A stretch of DNA of 60,566 nucleotides, counting the filler, from Hausera hauseri (lineage: Eukaryota), in the NCBI GenBank assembly GCA_046269625.1. It is 11 parts of 11 records of this genome, joined end to end, with 100 filler letters (N's around TTAATTAATTAA, not from the genome) between each part and the next. Parts side by side here need not be neighbours in the genome. Positions count along the whole stretch, not along the records: positions 1 to 4,145 come from JBJURY010736321.1; positions 4,246 to 8,660 come from JBJURY010592889.1; positions 8,761 to 13,450 come from JBJURY010474466.1; 8 more parts are not named here. One strand, given 5' to 3'. The notes under the pieces are model-generated. The model ran no database searches and had not been told where the DNA came from. It was given only the letters and a program-made list of their open reading frames with translations. Below, in pieces: positions 1 through 10,830 of the stretch (the stretch's first letter is position 1; the number at the start of each line of letters is the position of its first letter). The translations under genes and the position numbers were made by a program.

Positions 1-7
1 TTGTAGC

Positions 8-73
8 CAGGTCTCTCTTGTAAATGAGTCCTCGAGGCTCAATGAGATTAACCTGCCTAAATAAAGGTTGAAT
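8..73 (+). mobile_element. 3' tail of fish L2/CR1-type LINE or related SINE, in the transposase intron
   Basis: CCAGGTCTCTCTTGTAAATGAG...CTCAATGAG...CCTG..TAAATAAAGGT resembles teleost L2-type tails. Confidence 0.55.
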
Positions 74-194
74 GAATATAATTAGGTATTTCTTTCAGCT
101 GTAGTTGGCAATATGTTTTATAAAAGCATAGTATAAAATATGTAAATGTCTATAAAGAACGGTTTAATACATTTGCTGTGTGTGTGTCTTCCAG

Positions 195-1300
195 ATGATT
201 CAGGAGCTAAACATTCGTACTCGCAGAAGACCTACAGCGTGGGAACTTAACAGATCATCTCAGTGGTGGGATATTATTGTTCCTGGTTTCTCAGACGCTC
301 AATGGCTGCAAAACTTCAGGATGTCTCAACAAACGTTTATATACCTGTGCAACAAACTACGTCCAGCACTGGAGCGACAAAATACAAGCTTCCGCAAATG
401 TGTGCCATTAAAGAAGCGAGTTGCAATAGCACTCTGGAAGCTGGCTACTGGTTCTGAGTACAGAAGTACTGTATTGGACATATTTTTGGAGTCAGCATCA
501 TGACTGTGTGCAAGTGTTTGCAGGAGTTTTGTGCGGCAGCCGAGTTGTTGTTGGTGCCAGAACAGATCCGTATGCCTGATGATGAGAGGTTCAGGGAGAT
601 GTCTGTCTACATTGAAAACAGGTGGGGGCTACCACACTGTGTAGGTGCAATCGATGGTAGCCACATTCCCATTATAGCACCACAGCACTATCACACCGAT
701 TACTTTAATAGAAAAGGTTGGCATTCAATTATACTTCAAGCTGTTGTGGATGGAAAGGGGCAGTTCTGGAATGTGTTTGCGGGATTGCCAGGGAGCATGC
801 ACGATGCCAGGGTGCTCAGACTGTCCACGCTGTGGGAGCTAGCCAGCCGGGGAAACCTGTTCCCAGCTCATATTAGGACTATCGGCACAGCAAATACTGG
901 CTACTACATTCTGGGTGATGCAGCTTATCCCCTGCAAGACTGGCTCTTAAAACCATTTTGTGACACAAGAAGGTTAACAGCAGAACAGCAATTTTTCAAC
1001 CTAAAATTTAGTAGTACACGTGTAGTTGTAGAAAATGCTTTTGGTAGACTGAAGGGAAGATGGCGTAGCCTCCTGAAACGAAATGACTGTGATGTACAAC
1101 TTGTGAAGTCCATGGTGCTGACCTGCTGTGCACTACATAACCTGTGCGAAAGTCATGGAGAGTCATATGACACTTCACTCGATGAACCTTGTGCAGAAGC
1201 AGCGACGCCTCCACAGACAGCTGTGCAACAGGAAGTTGAAGGAAGAGATGTGAGAAATGCTCTAATGGAATACCTCTTGAGCATTGACTTTCAGACCTAA
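195..1300 (+). pseudogene. Harbinger (HARBI1-like) DDE transposase, last exon, frameshifted at 467-473
   Basis: Acceptor ccag at 191-194. Motifs NFRMS, GAIDGSHIPI, NRKGWHS, PGSMHDARV, LGDAAYPL, VENAFGRLKGRWR, LHNLC. A 5-nt insertion splits ORFs 180-503 and 500-1300. Confidence 0.93.
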
Positions 1301-1640
1301 TTCATATTATTACTTTATTTCCTTTTTAACTTGCTTCAAACCCATAGGTTTTCCATTCTGTTTTTATAATAAAGACTTGTGAAAATGTACTCACTTTTAT
1401 TATTGTCAGATATGCACAAGGTTCTTGTTTAAATTTCGAAAACACATCACACTGTCCTGTAATCAGTGGAACTATGTATAAAACATGCTCCAGATTTGGA
1501 TTTAATCTGGTTTTAAGTGGCCCTGTATTAATAAAGGTTAGTATTTCATTAAATGCAAATGGAGTTTTGCTTAAATGGGCCCTTTTACATAAAAGTCTTG
1601 TTTCATTACATGTAAAAACAAAGTATTAATTATTGTTAAT

Positions 1641-1772
1641 CTGGGAACTCCTTGTCGTCCTCCAAGAACAGCCTCATCGGGTTGATGTTGGTGTCTTTCC
1701 CGTACCTGGTTATGCTGCTTCCCCCATGACCCGACTTCAAGATAAGCGGAAGTTGAATGGATGGATGGATGG
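1641..1772 (+). mobile_element. 5'-truncated Rex3/Expander (RTE LINE) 3' end nested in the Harbinger
   Basis: CTGGGAAC...GCTGCTTCCCCCATGACCCGAC..GATAAGCGGAAG..AATGGATGGATGGATGG, typical of the teleost Rex3 end with its (GATG)n tail. Confidence 0.7.
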
Positions 1773-2096
1773 AGACCAACACAGCATGAGTTCACGGTTC
1801 AGTTGAACACCTGCCTATTTGCTGCAGGTTGGCTGTTTAAACTTCTGCTATTTCAAATAAAAGTTGAAACAGGACTTTCAGCTGAATGTCTTACTGTTGT
1901 CTGACTTGATCATAGAACCCAAATATGTATAACATTCAAGCAGATTATGTGTTGCACCTAGTCTTGTACCTAACATTGTGAAATATGTTTAGGTAATTGA
2001 GTAATCAAGGACACCACTTAAATAAAACACACTTTTAATAAGAAAGTAAGACATTAAGCAAAAATACAGGTTCAAACTACTGACTGCCTATATCAA

Positions 2097-3763
2097 TCAA
2101 TTTAATATATTTTTATCACTGTTTGTATCTCTCGAAATAAGAATTACACGTCTGTGCGTTAATGCACGTACAAGTTCACCCAGCACTCCAAGAAATGCTT
2201 GATTGAATGCTGCATTTTGGTTAAGCTGCTCCCTTTGGAAGGCTTCCTCCTGCTGAATTGCCCGTCCAAGAGTCGCTACCTCCTGTGTCCTCATTGATGC
2301 CTCCTGTTCCCTGGCCTGACGGGATTCAGCCAGAAGACGATTCAAGTGTTGTTCACGTTGTTCCCGGTCCAGTTCCTGTTGCTCCTTCAGTACCGAGATG
2401 TGACCTTGGTCTTTACCATGATCTTTCCTCTTTCTCTTGCCTAAAAATGAAGACATGGCATGTGGTTAAACCAGTATACTGTTTATGAATAGATGACTAA
2501 AACTAAGGTGGTGCTACTGATAACAGTTTCTTGTCAATTTGAACTGCAAATTAGTAAATCAACACATAAGTCAGTTTTTGTAACATAAGCTTTAATTGTA
2601 GTTATTTTATAATCCACTTTATTAGAGGAATATGGACCAAGATGACCAAACGTGTCTGTGTGAGCAGATGGGCTCAAATAAACACAGCTGCATTGAACAC
2701 ATCAGTGGAAAAATTATGTGATATTTCAGTGATTACTCTGGTTAGATACTCATAATGCTGCACATTCTCACGTTCGTGTTGTTGGTCGACGTAATTTTTT
2801 TTGATTGATGCTATTGGTTAGTGCTTAGCGTATTATTATTATTAATGCTTTGTAGTTAATATATTTCCTGGTTTATATCATAGATCCTATTACTTTTACA
2901 TTTCATTGTTGTATGTAACTGGGTCAATGTGTATTTCATACAACCATGACAACTCTCGATGAATGTATGATTCAGTATTTATTTATTATTAATTAATTTA
3001 TTATACTGACAATAAAATGGAAGCATGTCCTTTATCGTCACAAATACACTGATGTGGAACGTGATTGTACCATCTCTTTTCTTACCAAGTACTGATGGCT
3101 GACGTTCTGTTGTGCTCTGTGAGGTGCTGGGCAGCGATAAAGAGCTGTCCAGTGGTGTGGATGATTCAGCTGATGGAGCAGGAGGATTCTGTGAAGCCGG
3201 GAGGTTTGGGGGTTCCAGTGTGGACTCTGTATCGTCACATGCTGAAATATGTTCCGGATAAAATACAGTTAGCATGGAGTGCAGTTAGCATGTGTGCTAA
3301 TTAGCATAGCATTGTTTGCATTGTTGTCAGCCTCTTTTGTAGTTGGAAATACGTTCTGAATCGATGCGATCAGTATGTTAAAGTTAAACGTTAGGAAACA
3401 CTCACCATCTTCCATAATTGCTTCAACGTGAACAGTGCCTGTGTCCAAGCTACTTTGCCTCCCATTATTAGATGGGCGATTACCATAGATGGCGTCCATT
3501 TGATCGAACCACTTCCAATTACGACGGTCTGCTCCGCTCCTGCCATTGTGGTCTTTGATTTTACGGTAATCGCCACGAAGTTTCTTGAGCTTCTCCCGGC
3601 ACTGCTTTGGTGTTCTCTGATGGCCATGCTTAGCCATCAGCTCCGAGATTTCTCTGAATACTGTTTCATTTCGAATCATTCCATCCAGCTCGCTTTGGAT
3701 CCTCTCATCAGCAACCAAGCACAAAAACGTCTGCACCTCTGCATTCGACCACTGATTGGACAT
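2097..3763 (-). CDS. Harbinger Myb/SANT-like (trihelix) DNA-binding protein, 3 exons (3763-3406, 3241-3086, 2440-2097)
   Basis: WSNAEVQTFL..., RTPKQCREKLKKL, WKWFDQMDAIYG. GT/AG sites give consistent phase-1 introns. C-terminal coiled coil. Confidence 0.88.
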
Positions 3764-4145
3764 GGTATTTTTTTAGAGCTACAACAGTATGATCAAGTAC
3801 GGGTTCGGTGTGATGCAGGCCGAAAACAAGATGGAGGATCCTTTGTTTTGAAAAGACACAGAAGACTCCTCCCCACAGACTCCTCCCCCCGACCAATCAG
3901 TGACCGACAGTGTTTCTGACATCACGGCGCGGCTCGCTTGGACCCCTTCGGGAAGCAGGGCCAGAATTATCGGGTAGAGCAGGTACGGGGTACTAGTGGA
4001 AAAGGCCTCAAACACGGGCCAAGCCGGAACTATCCGACCCGCGCCGAGCCAGTGGAAAAGGGGCATAAATGCACCTGGTGTGTAAGCTATCGTGGTTGGG
4101 ATCAGCTACAGATACCAGTTAAGGGATGGGTCATGCTGTAAAAGT

Positions 4146-4245
4146 NNNNNNNNNNNNNNNNNNNNNNNNNNNNNNNNNNNNNNNNNNNNTTAATTAATTA
4201 ANNNNNNNNNNNNNNNNNNNNNNNNNNNNNNNNNNNNNNNNNNNN
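4146..4245. other. Artificial contig linker N44-TTAATTAATTAA-N44; also at 8661-8760, 13451-13550, 18909-19008, 25379-25478, 33158-33257, 39799-39898, 44815-44914, 51242-51341, 56268-56367
   Basis: The same 100-nt spacer with a six-frame stop cassette occurs 10 times. Confidence 0.99.
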
Positions 4246-4652
4246 TGTGGTTGAATTGAATCCCTTAAGAATTTCATCCCAACCACCACGGTTAGTTACC
4301 CTATCTTTTGTTAACTTATCCATATGGTGAGCTAATTCCCTTACCGTGTGATGTCATTTAGCATCTATCTCCGCTTGATTTCTATAACTAATTACTATGC
4401 ATCCCAGTGCCATCAATAATCGATTCTGATCACAGTCTTTTAATAATCGTGCACAATGCTTTATTTAAACCTCCTTTCATTTCGTATTTATGTAATAACC
4501 GCGTGATTTGTGACGAAAAGTTTCTAGCAGTTTCTATTATAGACTGAATGGAATTGTTGTAATACCTGGTATTTGCTTAAGTTGTTTTGGGTTTGCTTTT
4601 TTAATTAATTGTTCTAGAAGTTCATGAGTTGTCAATGTCACTTCTGGTATAT

Positions 4653-7364
4653 TTATATTGTTCTGGTTTGATGTATCCGGGATCGGATTTTGTGCTGGTT
4701 TGCTTTTATCGTCAGTAATAGTGAATCGTTGTAGATTATCATATAATATGTCTTCAAATGTTTCCCGTTGATCCCTGCGTTTTCGCGACAAAGATCTTTT
4801 CTTTCTTTGCCTTTCTGGTTTTTTTCTTCTTCAGGTTTTTCTTCATCATCACTTACTGGCTTAAAATTGCATTTCCTCGGTCTTCCTCCTTTTTTCTTGG
4901 TGCCTATTTCCATTGTAATCTGATAAATCTTTCCCGTACGTAGTCCATAATCCACGACATAATCGTTATCAACAGCTAATCTGCCATAAACATCAGTTTT
5001 CGCTATTATATTGGTTTCGAGATCTAATTCATCTAGTACTTTTCTTCGAAGATCTGGAAATTTAGTGAACATTCCTGCTGTTTCTTCAATTACTTGTTCT
5101 CGATTATTGGTTTTAATCTTTATATTTATAATATATGGTTGCTTTCTTCTATGTTTCCGTCTTAAATCTCTTCCTATGGTTTTTAATAATTTTATTGCGG
5201 CTAAGAAACAAAATATAACGTCCCTTGTCAGTGGCATAAGTAATGGTGCACATTCTATTCGATTGATTAATGGTAGTGTTTCATATTGTCGTAAAGCATC
5301 CCATACCTCATTGGGTGCTGAATCAATCATTTGTAATTTGGCTTTGATTGTTTCCACTACTAACTCCGAATTTTCACCATATACTATGGATCCTGGTGGA
5401 ATATTCATTTCCGGGATAATTTTTGGATTTTTGATTGGTGATAGTGTATTCTCGGGATACTGGAGCGTATCTGATATTGATATCAGGTCATCATCTAAAA
5501 TTTCGTATATCTCTTCATCCGTTATCTGAGGTTCCTTCTTGGATGTGCTTGGTTGCATGGAGTCCCAGATATTTTCGAACAACGTTGGTCGTTGTGGTGG
5601 AGCTATTGGTTGGATAAATGGTGCGACTAATCTATCATCATACGGGTCTATCCATTCTCCAGTTGGTCTAATTCTGACAGGTTCCTGTGAATATTCATCA
5701 GCATCAATATCTGGGTATCTTTGAGTTATTGGTTCGATTACCGGAATTGCTCTAGCTTCTTCAGTTTTCTCTAATTCTTTTATTACTGGAAAGGCTATTC
5801 GTAACATCTTTTGACTTTCTATTATCCATGGCACATTATATTCCACTCGTATTGTTTTTAGATATTCATCTAAACATCTTTGCGCCATAATTTCTGAGTT
5901 ATGACCATTATATAGGTCCAAGCATTTGTAGCTCCTATTTGTCTGTTCCAAATCATAGATAGCAGTTAGATTTTCTGGGTTTATATTCAATGTATTCAAT
6001 AATTCTGGTAACTGACGACCAATAATTATTTTTCCTGGTAAATATCTATTCATAAATTCACTTACTGATTCTTGTCGCTGCGGATTGAATCGTCTACTAT
6101 ATTCGGTATACTTGGTAGTGTCCGGTATATTTGGATATACATGGCTGTTAAGGATTGTTTTCCCTTCTAAGTTTTTGGCAGTGACCTGAGTAAGTCCTTT
6201 TTGATCTACTTTACTTATACATCTGCCAGTAAGAATTATTTCTCTGTCTTGTGTCACAGGTTCATCCACAGTTAATGCAGGTATATTCTTGAGCAATTGT
6301 ATCAAATATACCGGGCAGTCATCCAAGGGTTGAATCTGATAATCTCCTTCATAAGGATAATTAGGGAGTATCTTAGTTTCCTTAGAAACTATTACTGTTT
6401 TATTATTAATTTGTAATCGAGCTTCTCCTTGATTGGTAATTATAGCACATGGTGGATCCTCTCTTTTGATTCGAATATCAGTCCTTTTACGGTAAATCTT
6501 ATCAATGCCTCCCATACAAATCGATCCTTGTTCAGCTATATCCGCGAACTCTATTCTATCAGTTTTCTTGTCCTCAAACAGTTTATCCCATTTCTGAACA
6601 GTACTTATGTCCATACGCTGCAATGCTACTTCTGGGATTAAGGTAGTATTGCATGTTATTTCTCGTTGGAAGTATCCATCGTTCCTATATAATGGTCTAC
6701 TTGGGAAAATGAAATATGGAGATCCTTGACGGTTAAGTTTAATTTGGTACTCTTGTCGTAAATTATTCAATTGTTGTAATAATGTGTCTTCTCTTTTCCA
6801 TTGATCATCTGGCAAATTAAAATTCTGATCTACACTAAACGTACCAAAGATATCAGTTTCCTTCAATTGTATTTCTGTAAATAACCATGGTAATTCTATT
6901 CCAACTATAAGTTTTCCACAGAGTATTTGTCTAAGGTTTTCATAGCATTTTTCTTTTTTCTTATTTACATCTTCTAATTCAATTATCAGATCTCCTTCGA
7001 TATTCTCTATTCTTATTCGGTTAATTTTTGATTCTTGTTCTTGTTCATTAGTTTTTTCTATTGCTACAAAAGTTGAAAGTAAATTTTTAATTTCTTTAGT
7101 TTCTGGCCATAACATGTATGGAAGTGTATTTCTTTGGATATCTGGCACTTTTCGTTTTGCCTGTTCCAATTGTTTTCTAGTTATAAAGGGTTTCTCCAGA
7201 ATAGAATTATTGTTTGACAGTTCAGATGTTAGTTGATGAGGTTTTATTACAGATTTTGCCATTACCAAACCCGTAAAAGCTGATTTAGTTTGTTCATTAA
7301 AAGTTACTGAACGACGAGGCAAAGCATTTCTTTCGTCGTTATTACTTTTTCTAATATCTGGCAT
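4653..7364 (-). CDS. 903-aa retroelement accessory protein: degenerate DEDDh exonuclease-like unit(s), cupin-like domain, ubiquitin-like domain, AT-hook
   Basis: Intact ORF. LTQVTAKNLEGKTILNSHVYP...LPGKIIIGRQL...GHNSEIMA (REX4/ISG20-like). IITNQGEARLQINNKTVIVS (cupin). INIKIKT...YGRLAVDNDYVVDYGLRTG (Ubl). GGRPRK. Confidence 0.75.
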   Translation of the reverse strand: MPDIRKSNNDERNALPRRSVTFNEQTKSAFTGLVMAKSVIKPHQLTSELSNNNSILEKPFITRKQLEQAKRKVPDIQRNTLPYMLWPETKEIKNLLSTFVAIEKTNEQEQESKINRIRIENIEGDLIIELEDVNKKKEKCYENLRQILCGKLIVGIELPWLFTEIQLKETDIFGTFSVDQNFNLPDDQWKREDTLLQQLNNLRQEYQIKLNRQGSPYFIFPSRPLYRNDGYFQREITCNTTLIPEVALQRMDISTVQKWDKLFEDKKTDRIEFADIAEQGSICMGGIDKIYRKRTDIRIKREDPPCAIITNQGEARLQINNKTVIVSKETKILPNYPYEGDYQIQPLDDCPVYLIQLLKNIPALTVDEPVTQDREIILTGRCISKVDQKGLTQVTAKNLEGKTILNSHVYPNIPDTTKYTEYSRRFNPQRQESVSEFMNRYLPGKIIIGRQLPELLNTLNINPENLTAIYDLEQTNRSYKCLDLYNGHNSEIMAQRCLDEYLKTIRVEYNVPWIIESQKMLRIAFPVIKELEKTEEARAIPVIEPITQRYPDIDADEYSQEPVRIRPTGEWIDPYDDRLVAPFIQPIAPPQRPTLFENIWDSMQPSTSKKEPQITDEEIYEILDDDLISISDTLQYPENTLSPIKNPKIIPEMNIPPGSIVYGENSELVVETIKAKLQMIDSAPNEVWDALRQYETLPLINRIECAPLLMPLTRDVIFCFLAAIKLLKTIGRDLRRKHRRKQPYIINIKIKTNNREQVIEETAGMFTKFPDLRRKVLDELDLETNIIAKTDVYGRLAVDNDYVVDYGLRTGKIYQITMEIGTKKKGGRPRKCNFKPVSDDEEKPEEEKNQKGKERKDLCRENAGINGKHLKTYYMIIYNDSLLLTIKANQHKIRSRIHQTRTI

Positions 7365-8094
7365 GTTTCCTTTTTCTTTTGTAGAATCGTTATAAGATGG
7401 TATTGCCTAATCCGGTTTTCTCTCAATGAAATTCCTGGAATATTCTGGCGTCGAATTCCTATCATTAGATAGAACCCAATAGAACCCAAACTTCGCTTAC
7501 TGATTAGGTTTTTTGAAATGCGGATAGTTAGAAGTATCTCTGGTTCCGGAAAGAAAATTTTTACGTGTGTTTTTGTTTTGAACGTTTGGTATATATATCA
7601 GTATTCTTACTCTAATTTGTAATTCAAATTTATAAATCACCGTTCAATTTTGTAAATTCAACACAATTCAAAACCTATAATTCAAAGTTGCTAGCCACTC
7701 AAATTTACAATAATTCAAAGTTTCTAGGTAAATTCTTGGCCGATTTTCATAAATCCGTGTTCAATTTCCATATTTCTGGTTATTTACATTTTTTCATTTA
7801 CCTATTCACACGTTTGTTGTTTAGTAGTCAATTGGAAAATTGGTTCATAATTTGTATATTTCGATATTTCGATTTTTAAACAAGTGAAATTAAGTTTAAC
7901 TTGTCGTCAACTTGCTTCATTCTACCGCACCGTCACTCTAATTTGAGTAACAAGACACGGATAAAAAACAGGATAATAAAGGTGTGCCCATCACTGGGGT
8001 TTAACACTTAATAGGAAATAATATACAAATGTATTGTTATGACATCAGTTCATAATAATCAATGTTGTCAATGTTGTGTCATAAGTTCAAATGT

Positions 8095-8162
8095 TGTCAA
8101 TATTGTATCATGAGTCCATAGTCAACCTCGTCAATGTTGTATCATGAGTCCATAGTTAACCT
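8095..8162. repeat. Two 34-bp tandem copies near the LTR start
   Basis: GTCAAT(A/G)TTGTATCATGAGTCCATAGT(C/T)AACCT twice. Confidence 0.85.
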
Positions 8163-8167
8163 TAACA

Positions 8168-8365
8168 TCTGCATAGTGGGCAAGACATTTTACTGCTTAG
8201 CCATTTCTGCAGACGGCCTATACAGAACGTATGTGCATCACATTTTGCCATTCGTATTGTCTTATCAGACATCTGCTCCCAACGAATCGGACAAGTTTTC
8301 GAAATTTTTTGAAATAATGAAAGGCTAATGCAAGCAATGTCGCACTGTATTGATTTTTTATTCAA
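8168..8365 (-). pseudogene. Small RING-finger gene of a Polinton, interrupted at its end by the LTR
   Basis: CDIAC...CDAHTFCIGRLQKWLSSKMSCPLCR. Lies downstream of the pPolB C-terminus, as does the RING at 21963-22131. Confidence 0.7.
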
Positions 8366-8533
8366 ATGTCAAATTTATTGATATTACTTTCTCTTTATCT
8401 ATATAGTAGTTACTTAGTTTTACTTGGCCTTACCACACCTCCCATATTATTTGATCAATAAGACAACACGATATTTCTATACAAGATTTATTACAACAAA
8501 GAACAACAACAAAAAATAACAATATATACATAT

Positions 8534-8660
8534 TTACAGTGCAAACATGTCCATGAGGCATTATGTGGACTCCATCGCTCAGAATCTGCCGCTTGTCGTC
8601 CATCCAATCTAGGCTCTTCTTGTGCAGTTCTACTGTTTGGATGTTATGATCCCTAGATTG
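8534..8660 (-). pseudogene. C-terminal end of Polinton protein-primed DNA polymerase B
   Basis: QSRDHNIQTVELHKKSLDWMDDKRQILSDGVHIMPHGH (DDKR...GH terminal motif). Confidence 0.8.
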
Positions 8661-9249
8661 NNNNNNNNNNNNNNNNNNNNNNNNNNNNNNNNNNNNNNNN
8701 NNNNTTAATTAATTAANNNNNNNNNNNNNNNNNNNNNNNNNNNNNNNNNNNNNNNNNNNNCAACACCTCATCATTTTCACATGCTGGATAAACATTTTCC
8801 ATTGTCAACAATATTCCCATCGTCATTATCAGACATCAAGTACGAATTCCTTCGAATGGATGCTGACATGAACACAGATGACTTCCTAATCAATCTCTTT
8901 AATATTCTTATCATATTCATACAGCTTCTGTGCTCATGACTACACGCGATGCAAGGATAAAACAATCAAACAACGATAGCACCAGCCGTGAAGATAACAA
9001 CGACAATCAAAATGAAGATCCACGAAAATGCTGTCTCAAAACAGCCGAAATAACCTCAACCAAATACCAACCTCTTACATCGTGTCGAATCCAACTCCAC
9101 CTATACATGACGCCGAAATTACATCCGCCAATCTATATTTATTACAATAACCCTTCTAACCTGTAGTTTTTGTTTCCCCACGTTTTCACCAGTCGTTTAA
9201 TCGACTGAATTTTAGTACTTGTATTGTGCGGCCTATACAAGGCTTTTTG

Positions 9250-10830
9250 AACAATGCAAATTTCTAAACAATGATTCCCATTTTGCTTGGTAGCAAGTGC
9301 CTTCTAATATCTTAATCATAGCTCGGTTCAATTCATGCGTACGTTGGCGTGGAATAGCAAAAAATTGTCTAAATGCTTCAACTTCCTTTAGTCTATAAAT
9401 ACCTTAAGTTGCAGTGTCTTGAAATTTGTCGTCCGTTATTCCTTTGACTACGTTAGTTCCCGTTAATTTACTTGGCGGAGTAATTATACCTCCATTTGGT
9501 AAACTTATCCAGTCAGTTTCACTGAGTCTGAACTTTGGTTCTCTTAAACTAGTTTTACATACTTTCAGAATCGTTCGTTAAGTTGAGTGTGCTAGTAAAA
9601 TTCTCGGCATATTCTGATATAATACTGCCAGTTCTTGGATGCATCTTTTTTCTTCAACATTTATGGATGCGTGTCTTCTTTCGCACTCGTAGGGTAATAA
9701 AACTTTGTTAATAACCTGACGAAAGACACCATCCTTCATTGGAATTATTGGTGACACTAATTGTGGATTAGCATATATTATAGTAATTTTAGTTATCATA
9801 ATGTCTAAGTCTAATTTGCAATCATTGGTTATCATTTTATTATACAGTTCGGTTATTCCGGTTTGTCCTTTGAAACAGAAGTAGTCATCTCTATTCTTCG
9901 AGTAATCCTCGATTAGTATATCTTGTGTTTCGAGTTTGAATTTCTGAGAATTTATTTACGTTTCGGCAACAAAAAATGCTTCGTAACTGGTGGCGTACGT
10001 CATTGCGTCACAGCGTGTGAGTACGCTTTTTTCATAAATTTCAACCCATTAGTATCGGAAACCAATACGGTTGACGTGGGTTATTCTGCTACTTCTCGCG
10101 TTTTCGAACCAGTATCCATACTGCTTATATAACGTTTTCTTGACGTTTTGCGAAACTCTAGTTCTTTAATTTTTATAAAGTTACAATGAGTTTTCGCTGG
10201 GGGTTCCCAAATTACGGGTGTACTTCTAAATGCACAAATGCCGACTTGTATATGACACTTGATTTTCAGTATAGAGTTTAGTACTGCTAGGAAACATCAC
10301 TTTTTGTGCACGCATTTCAGATTCATGAAAATCAACAAATATTACGCCTGCATTTATTCCTTTTCCGGTGTCATATTCAGCTCCACTGCATACGCCGGTA
10401 TGCATATATAATTTTCCGACTGCTACTTTAAGTTATCAAATTATTTTTCCTTGTTGTACTTCAAGTTCCATTCCATCCCAATGTAATCTACCCGTTTCTC
10501 TAGCCTGTTTACAATGTTGCCTTTCTACGTTCATTGGGATTGGTGAAATTGTCGGATGTTGTATTGATGAATGTCCATGCATTAGTCCACAGTGGAAAAT
10601 ATTATGGGATCTTAGTAGCATACATTCTATTCCGTCTAACAAGATTAGTTAACGTTGTTGTTATAATACATAATTTTTCTCTTCTGCTTCTAATTTCTGT
10701 GGCTTTACGTCTTCGCACATTTCTAAATCTATTAGAGAATATTTTCGACCAAGTCTGAATTTGTCCCAATCATGTACTGTAACAGCTCCAATTTGCTTTA
10801 CTAATATCATCAAGGTTAGGAATTTAATTA
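9250..10830 (-). pseudogene. Decayed chuvirus-like glycoprotein (env), second copy or subfamily
   Basis: Fragments collinear with 45900-47730: KQIGAVTVHD, FHCGLMHGHSSI, HCKQARETG, MITNDCKLDLDIM..YANPQL. Many frameshifts. Confidence 0.85.

Larger units (their letters stand above)
1..4065. mobile_element. PIF/Harbinger DNA transposon, left end missing, teleost-like
   Basis: Convergent DDE transposase (+) and Myb/SANT gene (-). Right terminus AGTGGAAAAGGGGCA (4051-4065) is followed by TAA, a TWA-type TSD. Subterminal AGTGGAAAAGG copy near 3995. Confidence 0.85.
4246..8167 (-). mobile_element. Putative 3.9-kb LTR of a giant retroelement containing an ORF
   Basis: Minus strand starts TGTTAAGG (8167) and ends AACCACA (4246). 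Both termini and the CCCATCA..GGGGTT(T)AACA motif about 180 nt in match the PPT-flanked LTR at 22150-25280. No PBS seen before the ORF. Confidence 0.6.

Noticed and set aside
4190-4201. TTAATTAATTAA palindromes recurring every 4-8 kb
   Set aside because: Artificial six-frame-stop linkers inside N runs. Not biological, and ORFs running into them are artefacts.
8777-8965. Weak ubiquitin-like pattern (ILKRLI...GNIVDNGKCLSS)
   Set aside because: Too short and degenerate, at a contig edge.
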